Shown here: positions 38,360-53,054 of the stretch, one piece after another | Layout: every line of letters begins with the position of its first letter | Numbering within the stretch: the first letter of the stretch is position 1 | Origin: Octopus sinensis | Lineage: Eukaryota | Assembly (NCBI RefSeq): GCF_006345805.1 | Contig: NC_043000.1 | Span: forward strand, 61,690,001 to 61,754,000 | Length of the DNA: 64,000 nt | Direction: 5' to 3' | Position numbers and translations under genes: made by a program | The notes under the pieces: model-generated | What the model saw: the letters and a program-made list of their open reading frames with translations, nothing else | The model's database searches: none | What the model was told of the DNA's origin: nothing

Positions 38360-38600
38360 GCTTGTTGCAAGATTGGGTATTCACCGCTGGCGATGGACAC
38401 AGATATCCCGAAACCGTTCGGTCTGGTGTTCCCATCGTCTGCCAGAAGATGGTAGCGGTTCTTTTCCCTGCCTGCAATGTATACCGGATGAAGATTGCAT
38501 AGATAACCAGCTGAAGGAGGCTCGCCCTGTGGTTAGAAATATTAGTAACGTCGAACACCCATATTGATGTGACGATATACATTACAGTGTAGTTATTACA
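38360..38600 (-). mobile_element. Possible degenerate LINE RT fragment
   Basis: GC-rich island; minus frame reads GVRR...QGEPPSAG...HLLADD, loosely like GVRQGxPLSP...YADD. Confidence 0.3.
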
Positions 38601-39457
38601 TTCTTCTCTCATTGGGACTATCGAACTAAGTACTTTACTTGTTTTATATATATATATATATATATATTAGGAGGTTTGGAGATGCTGTACAGGTATTTTT
38701 TTATTAGAAGAAATGAGGTACTCAGAAATCTGGATGGTTTTATATTTACAGATATTTATTAGTATGTTATATGTTTTTATAAATCATATATCATATACAG
38801 CGCCTTTGTCCACTCTAGTGAAGTTGTCAAATTGAACTTTTGCAGGAATTTCGTCTCTTTTTATAGTATTATGAAGTGTGTAGGGGTGCGGAGAGATATA
38901 AGATAGTAGAAGAGGGTGAGGAATGGGGAGAAAGTGTGTGTGAGAGAGAGAGAGAGAGAGCGCGTGTGTGTGTTTTTGTATCTGAAAGATGTGTTAAAGA
39001 AAAAGAGAATGAAAGGAAGAAGAAGGAGAGAAAGAAGAAAAAAATGTTGATATCTTTGCAGCTGGTCAGTCTTTCAATAATAAATGATTCTTGGCTTGTA
39101 GAGATGGCAAACTCAGCTGGTCAGTCTTTCAATAGTAAGTGATTCTTGGCTTTTAGAAACGGCAAGCCCAGCTGGTCACTTCAAGGGGGACAAAATGTCA
39201 CTTCTCAAAAAATTGTCTGGATTTCTTTTTATCATTGTTTTGTGAGTGTGCGTGTGTGTGTGGGTGCCTGTGTATCTGAAAGGGGTGTCAATGGAGAAAG
39301 GAAGAAAAAAGAAAGAGAGGAAGGAGAAATAATTGTGTTGACATTTATACCACTTTTCAGTTCTTTCAATCCAATGTTTGATTCCTGTGCTGATATGGGT
39401 TGGAGAATCTGTATCAAAGAGTGTTTTTATTTATGTATATGTAAATATGTGTAGTAC

Positions 39458-39511
<54 letters not shown>

Positions 39512-39586
39512 TGTGTGTGTGTGTTTAATACAATTTACTTTACAAAATTGGTCCTTCAACTAGTACAAATTATTATAGAAATATTT

Positions 39587-39959
39587 TCAGCCATTCAGTT
39601 TGGGGGAGAACTTTGTTATGAAGTATTTTTCCATATTTCTCCTGAAGGAGATGTCAATCTTTGGACATTTGTAGAAGGTGTTTACTCAGTGGAATCTTTC
39701 GCAGTTCTTCCTGTCGGATATGTTGTCGGTGAATTCTGGCTCGCTGGCATAACGAATTTCCAGTTTCACCTATATAATTCTCCTTGCATGTGAGGCAGGT
39801 TATGCAGTATATTACGTTCTGCGTTTTGCACTCCATATCTGCATTTACTTTGAATATGTGACCACTCTTAAATTTCATTTGTTTGTCTCCCTCTATATAT
39901 TTGGAGGTGGGGTTACTGCACATCCCACATCTACCATCTCCGCACTCTTTTACAATTTT
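39587..39959 (-). mobile_element. Penelope-like element GIY-YIG endonuclease fragment (second subfamily)
   Basis: VKECGDGRCGMC...MECKTQNVIYCITCLTCKENYIGETGNSLCQRARIHRQHI...SFRRNMEKYFITKFSPKLNG*. 3' repeats extend to ~38800, including a 55-bp tandem at 39058-39175. Confidence 0.92.
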
Positions 39960-39972
39960 ATCATTATTATTA

Positions 39973-40007
<35 letters not shown>

Positions 40008-40051
40008 TATTATTATTATTACTATTATTATTATTATTATTATTATTATAG
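39960..40051. repeat. (ATT)n tract
   Basis: Directly visible; truncates the Penelope ORF. Confidence 0.97.
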
Positions 40052-40265
40052 TTACTACACAAGGAGTTATCTCCTATCTCCAAGTAACCCAAGAACGGGT
40101 GTTTTCTGTCCCCAGGGGTCCCGTTGATGTTTGTGTGAAACATTTTAAGAGTCTAAAACCATCCCTGGAGCATAAGTAATGTATGTTCCAAGTTTGGAGA
40201 AAATCAGTTGAAAAATACGGCTGTTTTAATCTTTTACACATATACAGACAGAACAGGATTTATAT

Positions 40266-40311
<46 letters not shown>

Positions 40312-40319
40312 TATATATA

Positions 40320-40385
<66 letters not shown>

Positions 40386-40394
40386 ATACATACA

Positions 40395-40432
<38 letters not shown>

Positions 40433-41198
40433 GAGAGAGAGATGCATCTTTATGTGTTCATTTATATTTATCAATCAATAGACATGTATGTGTGTGTGTA
40501 TATATATGCATAACCACACACATACGCGCATACGCGTAAATGCATGCTAAATTATAAGCAAAATACATTATGAATATATGTAAAGTATCATCGAGAACTG
40601 GATACGAAACCCCTGTTGCAACTTTCGCTAAATGTCAGAGTGACAAAAGTTTTGAAAAGTCCGATGTTTAACAAGAATACCTGGACGTTAAATTGCGCGC
40701 GAAAAATACTGGATAGGAAGCTAGGAGACATTCAGTCTTTTTCAATATATATTGAGTTCTCAATACTCCAAATAGACAAATTGTAAATGTCAAAGTATTC
40801 TGGGAACTTGGCGTAAACATTGACGATTTGTCAGTGAAAGCGGTAAATTCATTGGAATGTAGTGTATGGCTTACTACTATTCCTTTCATTCATTAGTCAT
40901 AGCCTTATTGTATGTTTTCACTATACTAATATGAGCAGCTTCTTACTTATTAATAAGCAGTGTTTCGTTTTGGGTTTACTATCCTCATTGTAACGAAAGT
41001 TCTCTACTTGGTGAGATTATCAGTTTGCTATATACGTTTGATGTCCTCAAATAATCCAATATTTCAATGAGCCATTATATTACGAATATCCATCCAAATT
41101 TCATTGTGAGGGTTTTTATGTATTGTAGATGGTTTTATTTATCCAATTTAATGTTTATTTCTATCACTTTTTCAGATCGTAGTGTAAATTAAGCTAAG

Positions 41199-42258
41199 AT
41201 GCGTGACCTCACTGAGTTCGAAAAAGTGCAAATTGTTGGAGCTCGAATAGCAGGAGCTTCCGTCTTTAATTTTTCGAGAGTACCATATTAAGGACCATGA
41301 CTGAATTTGAGAAGCAGAGCAAACCCTCCAGGAGGAGGAATAAGTCCGGCAAGATTTTGAAGCTCATTGAAAGAGAATGACATGTGTTGAATCGTATTGC
41401 AATGAAAAATCAACGGACAACTGCCCCTAAAGTGACTACAACATCTGGCTAGCCCAGTTTCGACCATGGCTGTTCGCCGTGAGCTCAATAAAGCCGGATA
41501 TCATAGAAGAACCAACATCAGGAAAGCCCTCCTTTCTCATCAAAACATTTAGAAAAGGCTGGACTGATGTAGAGATCACAAGGGCTGGTCGATAGACCAA
41601 TGAAAGCAAGTAATATTCTCCATTGATTCCAGCTTTTCTCTTTTCCCTACTACAGGACGACTTAATGCGTGGAATCACCCGGGGAAGCTTTTAATCCTGA
41701 CTACCTTCTTCCTACAGTGAAGCACGGAGGAAGGTCTGTGATGGTTGGTTTAGGCAGCCATTTCTTGAAATTATCTTGACCCAGTCGATGCCCTGCATGG
41801 TAGGATCAACAACAATGACTATCGGAATATTTTGGGAAATCAAATCTTTCCATTGGTCCAGATAATATTCCCTGACAGTAAGTGCTGCTTCCAAGATGAT
41901 AATAATGCTTCAATACACACCTCTCATGTGGTTAAAATTGATTTGAAAAGCATTGTAGGGAGGTAAAACACATGGAGTGGCCCCCTCATTCTCCATGTCT
42001 TAATATTATTGAGTATCTGTGGTGCAACTTGGAGCGACAAGTTAGAAGTGGTTACCCTCCACCGTCGTGTCTGCAACAGTTGGAGCAGGTTTTGCAGGTT
42101 GAATGGCTCAAGATTCCTTTCAATGAAGTCAGGAAGCTGTATAAATCAATTCCTAGACACATCGAATCTCATCAGAAAGCTAAAGGAGGACCAACTCTAT
42201 AATAAATAAAATATTCATTGAATTTAAAACATGTTGCAATTATTTTGTCCAGCCCCTG
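41199..42258 (+). mobile_element. Tc1 (DD34E) transposon, decayed, left TIR not found
   Basis: MRDLTEFEKVQIVGARIAGASV, LPTVKHGGRSVMV, FQDDN, MEWPPHSPCLNIIEYLW, KAKGGPTL* (stop 42200-42202). Right end TTATTTTGTCCAGCCCCTG followed by TA. Confidence 0.92.
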
Positions 42259-42699
42259 TATAGGCATTACATAGTATTTCTTTTTGCATTCAAATTAATG
42301 TGTCTATCATATTCTTTTGTTATATATTTTTAATTTGTGGGGTATAAATACTGCTTATTTCATGGATTTAGTAAGTATTTTAATATATGTGCTTGATCCA
42401 ATGTTCGTATCACAGTTTCTCTATTATGCTATTTGAAAAACACATTAATTAATTTTCCACTTTTCAAGATTGTTATTTCGTAGTTTTCTTATCTAAATCT
42501 TATATTCAATTCTCTTGCACATCCATGTATTCTCTGCAGTAGTTTCACCAATTTTATCATTTGCACCATAGAACTTGGTAGTATCCGTATACTGAAGATA
42601 CTATACTGTCTAAACATCGCATTTGTATTCGAGTCGAGTTTTGTTTAAAATGTCTGTCAAGGATTTGAGCACCATGTCTGTTAAAGATTTGAATACCAG

Positions 42700-42771
42700 A
42701 CAGAAAATAAAGATAGAGGCGGAGAGAACACGCGTTAGAGAGCTACAGAGATTGCAAACAAGCGCGTGAGT
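42700..42771 (+). promoter_or_regulatory. Candidate first exon/TSS region
   Basis: CpG-containing patch (GAGGCGGAG, CACGCG) ending in donor GCGC|GTGAGT at 42766. Confidence 0.3.
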
Positions 42772-44006
42772 GTTGTTCTTGGAATATTCTTCTTATAATG
42801 AGAAAGGTTGTTTTTATCATCTTATAATGAGAAAGGTTGTTTTTATCATGTTTCGTCTATCCATTAAATTGCTTACCAGTCGCTCATGTCCTTTCAACTT
42901 CTGGTGCTATCTTACTCGTGCCTATCGTTTCCAAGATCGTCAGGGGCGATTGTCGGCAAGAAGTGATTAAGATATGATTCAGAAGTGTATACCAGCTAAC
43001 GTGTTAAGGGCCAGAATAATTTTGACTAGTTCTTCAAAATGAAGCACGGAGGTTGCGACGTCGGAACTAAAGAGAATTATTATAGATTTGGATGAATGGA
43101 AATCTTTAGCCTAGGATGGTAAAAGGCGTGGTATAAAGAATCGGAACGAGGAAAGATTCTTGCCTCGCTATTGCAGGCATGGGTGTTTGTTTTTTCAGTA
43201 ACACTATACTAATATTCAGAATACGAAGGGCTAGACGTTTCGCTGCGGCAGACTTTAGTACTAATTCAACGACCTGTCATGGCCTCAAGCATAGGAGGCG
43301 GTGTCTAGCGGCCCAACCTCTGACAACACAGAGTATGAGATATTTGATACATTCTCCTTCTTTCTCCTACTCTTCTCTCTTTTTTGTTCTCTTTATCTCT
43401 TTACTTCTGCTATGATCAGTTCGGTTATGTTATTTTACATTAAAACCATAGAGGATCACACAGCTCTATCCTCTTCCAAACAGCAGGGAATTCAGTATGG
43501 CCTGGTCAGTTATAATATTATTATCATCATTAGGAGTTCTAAATAATTCTTTAGAATAAATGAATAGGCAAGGAGACATGCAAATTATTTCGAAGGATAG
43601 GGTACAGTTTCAATTTGAATTCGAAGTAAATTACCATTAAGATATATCTAGCATTAAATGATTATAAATGCCTATCCGTCCATTAAATAAAATCATCTAA
43701 TTTTACCTTATGCATTTGTGTCACATTACCTTAATAGATTATATTTTATCACTTCTATTTCACGCGCATATATATTGATTAATGCTAACACGCGCATTTG
43801 ATGTGCCATCCACTGCAGGAAGGTTGATTATATCTCTTAACTGCTAGAGATTAAGAGATGTTCTGGCAAATACACTTACCTCACGCTAACTCATTGTAAA
43901 TAGAGCCCATGTATCAGTAAAACGGTACATGAAGAGGTACAATTAACTGACATATGTATTGATAAAGTTTATGAAGGTTGACATATTTCCATTATCTTCT
44001 TTACAG

Positions 44007-44263
44007 AGAGGTAATCTTGATGTGGATACACGTACCTGGTGAACAATACTTGTGAAGATGCTACAGAACCCACGTGTATCTACTAAGACTATTTCCAGCC
44101 TAATGATGAGTCATACAATGCTACATATTTCACCATCAAAGAGACAGAAGATGAATTATGTTTAGGCCTTTCGCGTGCTATAGGATACCAATTTCATGAC
44201 CTAACACTCCTACAATACTATGATATAGTTAACGAAATACAAAACTGAATATACCATCGACAG
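44007..44263 (+). other. Candidate exon or pseudo-exon
   Basis: Acceptor ATTATCTTCTTTACAG| and donor CAG|GTTTGC. The best frame CGYTYLVNNTCEDATEPTCIY*DYFQPNDESYNATYF...IVNEIQN*IYHR has four stops. Confidence 0.3.
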
Positions 44264-47200
44264 GTTTGCTTTTTTAGTTGTTTCATTGGATAGCAATAAA
44301 AGTCGAATCGCTCTAAAAATCACGCACCAAAGTTTTAAGGACGGAAGGTTCGTATGATAACTGAAGTCTGAAAAATAATGCAATTTAGCACGGTTGAAAT
44401 GGTTTGATTATAGACCTCCTAGATCAAGGCTGACACGGGGCTAAGCAATGCAAGAAAATTAAAGATTAATGGATATATTATTTGAAGACATACAGTACTA
44501 TAATCAGTGATCCTCAATGTTTCCTATGTACCCCATTTCCGAACATCAACAATTCTCTGCTATCCTAATATCAAAATATATAAATGCATTATAGTGTGTC
44601 AAATATTTCAAAATTAAAAGAATTTGCTTTACAGAGTTATAATGCCGCGAACCGTAATTTCGGAACCAATGAACTAAGTGTTAGATTAGCCTGGCTCTTA
44701 ATATACTCTATCACTTTCCTTTTGTAAAACAATTGTTGGTATAAAACGCCATGGAGTTTAACCGTTACAATTACGTTGTTCTCAAGCATTATCTGATGTT
44801 TGGATTGTCTGGAGGTTATAGAAAACTGATGTATAATTTCTGTTAGTTAAATATGAAGTTGTCAACATTTTCTGGCTCATTAAATTGAAAAATTTCCATA
44901 ATTGGTAATTATAAGAACTCTGATTTTATTCACTTCTTTGTCTTCCTTTGTTTTGTTACGTATTAGTACCAGTTTTTGTTCATTCCAGCTATATAACTAA
45001 ATCCTTTGCTGATTATCTGTCTTCCATAAGTAGTAATTTCTTATATATTGTTGTTTTTATATATTTCTACTGTATTCGTCATATTTTATTTCTGTGGTGT
45101 TTTAAAACATCATAAATCAACAAAGCGATAACAATAGAATATAGCAGAATATATGTATATAAAAAGACAAAGGCACAAATCCAATTATTTTCCCAAGTCT
45201 ACCGTCATATTTTTTATTGCTATATTTTATCCTTTGTTTTCTTATAGTGCAGTCATATCCTGAATAACCGGCTTATTACTTTTGTTCATTCTATTTTAAT
45301 AATTATTTGTCTTGAGATTACCTTTCTTTAGACTAGATGATGTTTTCTTCACTCCAATCGTTTTCTACAGTAAGTTATGTGTTCATTTGTTTATATAATA
45401 TGGCATTGTAGATATAATTACCTACTTATAAGAAGACTATTGCTATTCACTCATCTATAAGAATCTACTGAAGTATCATTTCAATCATAACTCTAGCTAT
45501 CATAATAAACTCTGTACTTACTCGTTTCCTACATCTTTCATTAGCATTATAAATTAGTCTAACCATCAAGGTGCATGTATTTCCGTTGAAATAAATACGG
45601 TTCAACTACATTTGAGGTGAACTTCAATTCTCTATAGATCAATGCACTATTAAGTTTATTGCGGTGCACCTCAACGTCAGTGGTGACTGAGAAAATGAAG
45701 ACTTAACCATTTGATTAAATCCCTCTTAAATTATACCTATTCATACTAAAATAAAATGAAGTTCATTATATTCAATAACATGAGACAGTCATGTCTGAAA
45801 CTGTTTGATCGACTGACGTGCGCAGACAAACATATTACATAGTTTTATATTATACGCAAAGAAAAGGAAATGTCATGGCTGGAACTCTTTTGACGAGAGC
45901 TGATGTTGGGCTAAATGACATCCATACTACCAGTAACAAAAAGGAATTGAGGTAGTTATGCAATAAGGTGAATTAATGAATCTACCACCACAAAACCCTA
46001 GTTTTGATCCAATGTTAAACACAGGCATTAATATTATTATTTTTAATGTGTTATGTATCCCGCGTTATTTGCAGTGGAATATGGTATGAAGGTATTTATG
46101 ACGCTTTCGCTTATTGAGTTAAGTTTTTATGTCGTTTCAGACACACTAAGGCATTCATTGGTCTCCCTGATAGCTACAACACTGCACCGGAGCCCAGCTG
46201 GTACTCATTATAGCCGAACAGACTGGAGCTTCATGAAATTATATGCAATGCTCAAAGACAACATGTCCCAGGGTCCAGGCACTAAACCCATGACCTTATG
46301 CTCATGAGCTTAACACTCTAGCCCTTAAGCCTTTCCATCTTCACCGGAACAATGTTTTACATAGGTAGAATATTTTCATGTTAAGCTAAATATTTTTCTC
46401 GATAAACCTCGTTCTGTTTTCTCCCATGTAAATGGACCATGTTACAAGTCGTGCTGATATGCTGAACAAATGTAGATATACCTTCTTCATGAGGATTACT
46501 CATTGTACTTTCTTGTTTTGTTTTGAGAGAACGAATATACATTAATTGTATATAAATTGTACGTAAAACAGATCATTTACGTACTGAAATATTTCACCTT
46601 CATATTTTAAATTATAGATCATTTCTGATATTCTGCAAACAACTTTACAAAATACAACATCTAAGATGTTCCATTTGTACAGACTACATCAAATTGATCT
46701 GTTTCTTTCAAACACGTTAATGTCTTTGTCGCAAAAGAAGCGTAATTGGATTTCAATATGGAATTGACTCTGTCACATTGCAATTATCTTATCAAGTTAT
46801 TATATTTTATATATTTGCTTTCTAGGATGATTATGAAAATTTGATTATTTCTTTGTGATTTCTTAATTTTGATATGAATAATACTCATGGAATTTGTGTG
46901 ATTGAAATAATGAAAATTCGAACAAAATAAATCTTAACCCTTTAGACTGTCCAAAGCATTTTAATAAGTTCGCCTTAAAATCCCATGATTGTTTTCAGAA
47001 TTTCATTTAGCCCCTGTTTCATACGTCCTGAGTAATATAGAACTTTCCTTTCGTAACCTCTAAGTTACTCATGTGGTTGAAAGCAAATTGAGAACGTGTA
47101 TCATATATAATGCATAGACGCCAAAGAAATAACATATGGACAGACAAAGGGTTAAGACTAAGGCATTTTAACTAACTGAAAGTATTTCATAGACATGATC

Positions 47201-48726
47201 TAATGTAATCTGAAACACTGAAAATGCCAATCTTATCACTGTTTTTTTTTTTTTTTAGATTGAGGATTATGTTATGAAATAATAATTCATAGCTTTCAGT
47301 AATTAAATTTCTGGTTACACAGAATGGAATTCTTCTATTATATTATTTTAATTCGACGAAAATTTAACAACGCCAATATTATCTTGCTATTTTTTATATA
47401 AAAATATTCACTATAGTTTCATTATAATATATTTTGCTGGTATATTATTGTATGTATATATTCGGCAAAGTATAGGAGAAAAATGCTCATAAAATTCCAT
47501 TTCTATATAACAAGAGATATTTTTGATGTCAGATGATAAACAGATGTTAATAATTATTAATTATAAATGAAGGATTTAGAGGAAATCAAGCAAACAAAAG
47601 TATACGGTACCTACCTTACCCTTGCCCCGCCTTGGATCCACAATTTGCAAAGTATCATCTTCAGGCACTCTCCATTTCCTGCCACTTCTTCCACCTCCAC
47701 CACCACCACCCATTACAGAAGAGCTACCAGCGTTCATAGCTGAGCCACTTGTATATTATTTTTGAGTCTTTCTATAGATCTTTTGGACGGAATTGTTCAT
47801 TCACTTAGGGATATTAAATCACATGGATTCACATGTATAACAAACATTCGCTTACATTTACGCGAAGCATTGCATGTATATACAGACATAAGCACTCCCG
47901 CACGCACGTGTATGTACTAGGTTGTGAGTAGTATAATCATATACAGTCAAACTTATACTATAAATCGAATGCAAAACATTGTCCGTATGAATCTGTCGTT
48001 CACGACACCATTGAATCATGTGGTTGCTAGAGTAATTAATCCTACAAACGTATCTTCTCAATTACGGAAGAATAAATATAGAAACAATATTTGTATTTAT
48101 ATGCATTTATAATTTTCCCTCGCTAAACTCAGTATTTCGGCTTCGTGTAACAACGGCATAAAATAATTACTGTATTTCCTGGTTACCAGTTTAAAGGTGT
48201 ACTGCATTTTTTGTTCATGTGATGCGTCGCATGGTATGACATCACTGATTTTCCACTGAAATATAAAAGAAAATTTTTGTTGTTTGTATGATATGATGCA
48301 GGAAAGAGTTTAAAGATTATATAGTAAAGTTTGGGTTAACATACTTAATGCGGTGAGCCAAAACAAATTTTTAATCAATGGACATTAAATCCATAATGAA
48401 AGGAAAACTCATTAGCGTCAAGGATTATTTTTTAAATATGAACTCTGAAATTGAAATGGCAAATATATTAAATGGAGACATTCAGTGGTGAATGATTCTC
48501 ATGTGAGACTTGGACGGTACATAATACTTATGTCTACATTCGACTGGACTCGCAAGGCTCTACAGCGCTTCTGTTCTTCTCGTGTTAATAAATAAAATTG
48601 ATGAGGACAAAAAACACTCGAGGAAAAATGATAAATTAACGAGTGACATGAGTCAGAATGATCAGTGTAAAAGTAGGTCATTTTGTTCTTCATTCAACAA
48701 ACGATACTCACCGGATATATATATAT

Positions 48727-48786
<60 letters not shown>

Positions 48787-49078
48787 CATGTAAGTATATA
48801 TGCATGCATGTATACATACATATGCATACGTATATGTGTATATTTATATATATATATATGTATGTATATATGTGTATGTATGTATATATGTTTGCATATG
48901 TATGTTTATTTATATATTTATATAACGTGTATAATATGAAATAGTATATTATATCGCATATACTATGATAATACATATGTGTTTGTGCTTGTGTGTGTGT
49001 GTGTTTGTGTGTGTGTGTGCTTGTGAGTGTGTTCAAAGGATACAGTTTGTAAGCAATAGAGGTGTCATGTATCCCATA

Positions 49079-49110
<32 letters not shown>

Positions 49111-50183
49111 TCTTTATAAAAGTATATACGCTTTATTAAAATCCAGTTATCTCTTGTGAATGCAATGCTGACTAGAGGAGGGTATAATTGTTTCAATATA
49201 ACTGAATAACACATTATATATTTTTGGGCACTTAATAGGGATGAAAAAACGAAAAAAAAAAACCTCGGGAGCATTGAAAATCCAAATGTATTTCAGCAAA
49301 TCTTAATAAAAAACAATTATTTATTCCAGGGTATCCTAGTGAAATGTGATCTCTCGCAGGTCAATCTATCAATACGATTATTCTTATTACTTCAAAGTCT
49401 GCATCGTATTGAAAATGTCGCACTGGCATTATTATTTCGTGTATGAAAACAGAGAGTCATATACCAGATAAAAACTCTAGCCGCAGAAGCACTTGTTATG
49501 TAAATAAATACCACACATGAAAGTGGATACATAATACATGGTATAATTATAACTTCGTGATTTTGAAGTAAATTAGGATTGCTGATATCAGTTCTTACTT
49601 CTAAGTTTTAATGAGGAGGTGAGTAAAAGCTACACGGCTGCTATGTACAAGTCTTCCTTTCAGATCAACCAATATCAATAGTTTTCAAAAATATACTTCA
49701 AATGGTTTAGTTAAGTTTCTATAACGCTATCAGCCACTGTCTAATTTAATTTGCTTTGGAAATGTATATATATTTTACATTCAAGTAATATTTACTATCA
49801 TTTGAATGATTTGGCAAATTCAAATGATAGAAATCAACAAAATCAATTGTTGATTTTCATTCGGTTTTGCAAATTAGTAGATCAATATCATAGTGTGTTA
49901 ATTACCAACTCACAGACACGAAACTCACTCACAAGCGATACCCACACATACGCGCACGCACGCTCAAATATTTGTAGTGATGAGTGTATATTTGAATATT
50001 ACGATTATACAAGCTATCTGAAACTACAACTGTCCAAACATTCGATTCCTGCTGATCTGTGCTTACGTATTGCTAAACTATTCTGAAACATTGAAATACT
50101 GAAGAAGAAAACAACATAAATTGCACTGCTTCATCCCTAAATAATTCTCATGATGATTCACCAATTAAAAAATTACATCAATA

Positions 50184-50243
50184 ATGAATGAAGACAGGAA
50201 AAATGGAATATTTTACTGTTGTCTCCTGTGGATTGCAATGAAG
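50184..50243 (+). other. Candidate exon with possible signal-peptide-like start
   Basis: MNEDRKNGIFYCCLLWIAMK then donor AAG|GTAAT. Ends in phase 0, which does not match the phase-2 exon at 50414. Confidence 0.25.
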
Positions 50244-50413
50244 GTAATATGATCATAAATGAAGGGTGACACATATATACATACAATTATATGTCTTGGT
50301 AGAATAATAAGAACGAAAACTAACGGAGTAGAATGCTTTTATCAATTAATTTAGTTATATTTTAACCCTTCAGCGTCCCAAAGCGTTTTTCATAAATTTG
50401 TCCTTCTTTTCAG

Positions 50414-51374
50414 ACTTTTATTTAGCCGTCGTTTCATATATTCTGAGAAATCTTTTCAAACAGCGGTTGTCCTAATCTACAAGTCACTATTCCAGAGGTA
50501 TCAGGCTATAAGAGAAACACAACTTCTTTTCTGAATATTATACTTCAGCTTAACCACTGACAGGTATTTTTTTGTTTCATTTTCTGTTACACTTTTAATT
50601 CATATAATTTCGATATTTCCATAGATGGACTTGTTTGTATCGAAAAAATATTAAATTAGGAGTAACAATAATAACAACAACAATACCAATAATATAAACA
50701 ACAATGGTAATAATTTGTGTTGTTGTTGATCTTCTTCTTCTTCTTGTACATTTCGCTTCTGATAGCACTCGATTTCACATGCTCCAGCTAATTCCAGAAG
50801 AGCAGACAACAATCTGCTGTCAAGGATCTCATAGGTTCTTCATCTACTACTACTATTATTTCTCTTTATCACAGGTTTTATTGGAGCTCCTAGAGTCTTA
50901 CATCCGCAGCGGGATTGCTACCTGCAGCCTACTGTACCATGCTATCCGTTCTTTTCAGCTATCTAATACTATCCTGATTATTCTGGCCGTGCCAAGGAGG
51001 CAAACCTTTTGTTACAGTTCCACTGGGCATTTATTCTAATTTTCTTAATAATCCCCTTGATGCCTTCTGATACTATTCTCGAAGACCCTACGATAAGTGG
51101 CACTATCTTCACCAACTTCATTTTTCATAGCCAAGCTATTTTGTACTTCAGAGGGACGTGTTTAGCTACTTTTCGCCTTCCTTCTTCACTCTTCGTGAGT
51201 CAAATGGGCATACAGTATCAATTATGTAGCATATGTGATGCATCTTGTCCACCACCACTAGGTGCGGTCTGTTATGCTCTAGCACCTGATACATACATAC
51301 ATACATACATACATACTTACACACTTACATACATACATGCATACATACATACTTACATACATATATACATATAC

Positions 51375-51409
<35 letters not shown>

Positions 51410-52155
51410 AATAAATCCTAGAAAGAACAAGCACAAAAAAACAACAACAGAAGGACGTGATACATATAACGTATTAGCAGACGCTCAGGGAAGGAAAGAA
51501 AGATGGTTTAACGTTTCGAGCAGCCGCTCTTCTTCGGAAACAGAGGTAAGTCCAATAGAAGGGAAGACGACGGATTTCTTTCCGTTTCCATCTACCAAAT
51601 CCACTCACAAGGCTTTGGTCGGTCCGAGGCTATAGTGGGACTGCACCCGAAGTCATGTGATCGTTAAGGAAGCCACTTCTGCGCCTGCATTTTTTTTATT
51701 ATTAAAATGTATATAAATATGTGCAGCACTATACGTGTGGCAAGCTTTCTACAGTCAGATGCTCTTCCTGATACCAACCCCTACCTGTCGCCAATCGAGG
51801 TAGTATTTTCCCTCTGTCTTGGAGAGGCACAAGCACCTAGGCACACATGTACACATACGGCATTAACTTCCGCCTACTAAATTCAGTTCCAAACTTCGGT
51901 CACCCCGGGGTTATAGCAGAAGATACTTGCTCAAGTTGCCACACAATGGGACTGAACCCGAAAGCATGTAGCTGGGAAGCAAGCTTCCTAACCACACAGC
52001 CATGCCTGCACATATGAAAGTGTGTATATTAAAATTTCAATTATCATGACTCTAATATCCCCCTTAATCCTGTAAAACAAATCTTCTGTGTTTTTTCATC
52101 TTTTGTCTTTCACTATATATATCCAACCATATGTGTTCCTAACTAAAATATTTTC

Positions 52156-52212
<57 letters not shown>

Positions 52213-53012
52213 CACAGAGCGGCAGGAGAGAAAAATTACTGTGAAGTATGCTATGCAAAGATAAAATGTACTGAAATCTTTTACGTTGTGCAATTTGGGT
52301 GAATTCACAACACCGGTTATTGTTATTTAGTTACCTTTAGAGTATCATGGAATATTTAGATTCAATAAGAATATTTGTGCATGTATGGAGAACGAAGACA
52401 ATAGGAAATAGTAAAAAGCAGCGCTTTTAATGTACATTTATTTTTTAGTTTGGTTTGTGATCTTTAATTATATTTAATTGTGTCTTTCATAACATAATTT
52501 CACCTTTTAGCTACAACCTATTTTTTCTAATTTCCTTCAATTATGTGTGCAGTGCATCAGAAGACGAAATTAAGCGCAGTTTAAACCATGTAGTCAAATT
52601 GAGCAGTAATAGCATTGATTGTAGTAAACGAAAATTCGTGAGTATATTACTACTAACAGCTACAAAACGACATTTTGAATTATAACTATTAATGCAATAT
52701 ATGCTGTTTGAAATGAGGAAGATAAACAAACTGAAAACAATTATCAGAAAGCAATTTCGTTTCCTAGTTTTTTTTTCACCTTCATGATAATGATTCACAC
52801 AAGACATATAATTTTACTTGCTATGGAATTCATAGAAGAAGAAATTTTGTTAAATGTACTGATCTATCTGTAATAGTAGATTCAGAGTAATTGACTAATG
52901 TTTACAAATTGCAAAAGAGGTTTGGATCTTAAAGAAAAAAGAAATATTTCCGCGAAATGTAAATATCTTAAATTGTATTTAGTGTATTTTCATTCTTTCT
53001 CTCACCTAACTA

Positions 53013-53054
<42 letters not shown>

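Noticed and set aside
40670-40890. Frame VNVKVFWELGVNIDDLSVKAVNSLECSVWL, faintly like the beta1-beta2 region of Cys-loop/chemotactile receptors
   Set aside because: It has an internal stop, no following WxDxxLxW motif and no other receptor segments nearby; the similarity is too weak to call without an HMM search.
42792-42849. 29-bp exact tandem duplication
   Set aside because: An ordinary slippage duplication with no further structure.
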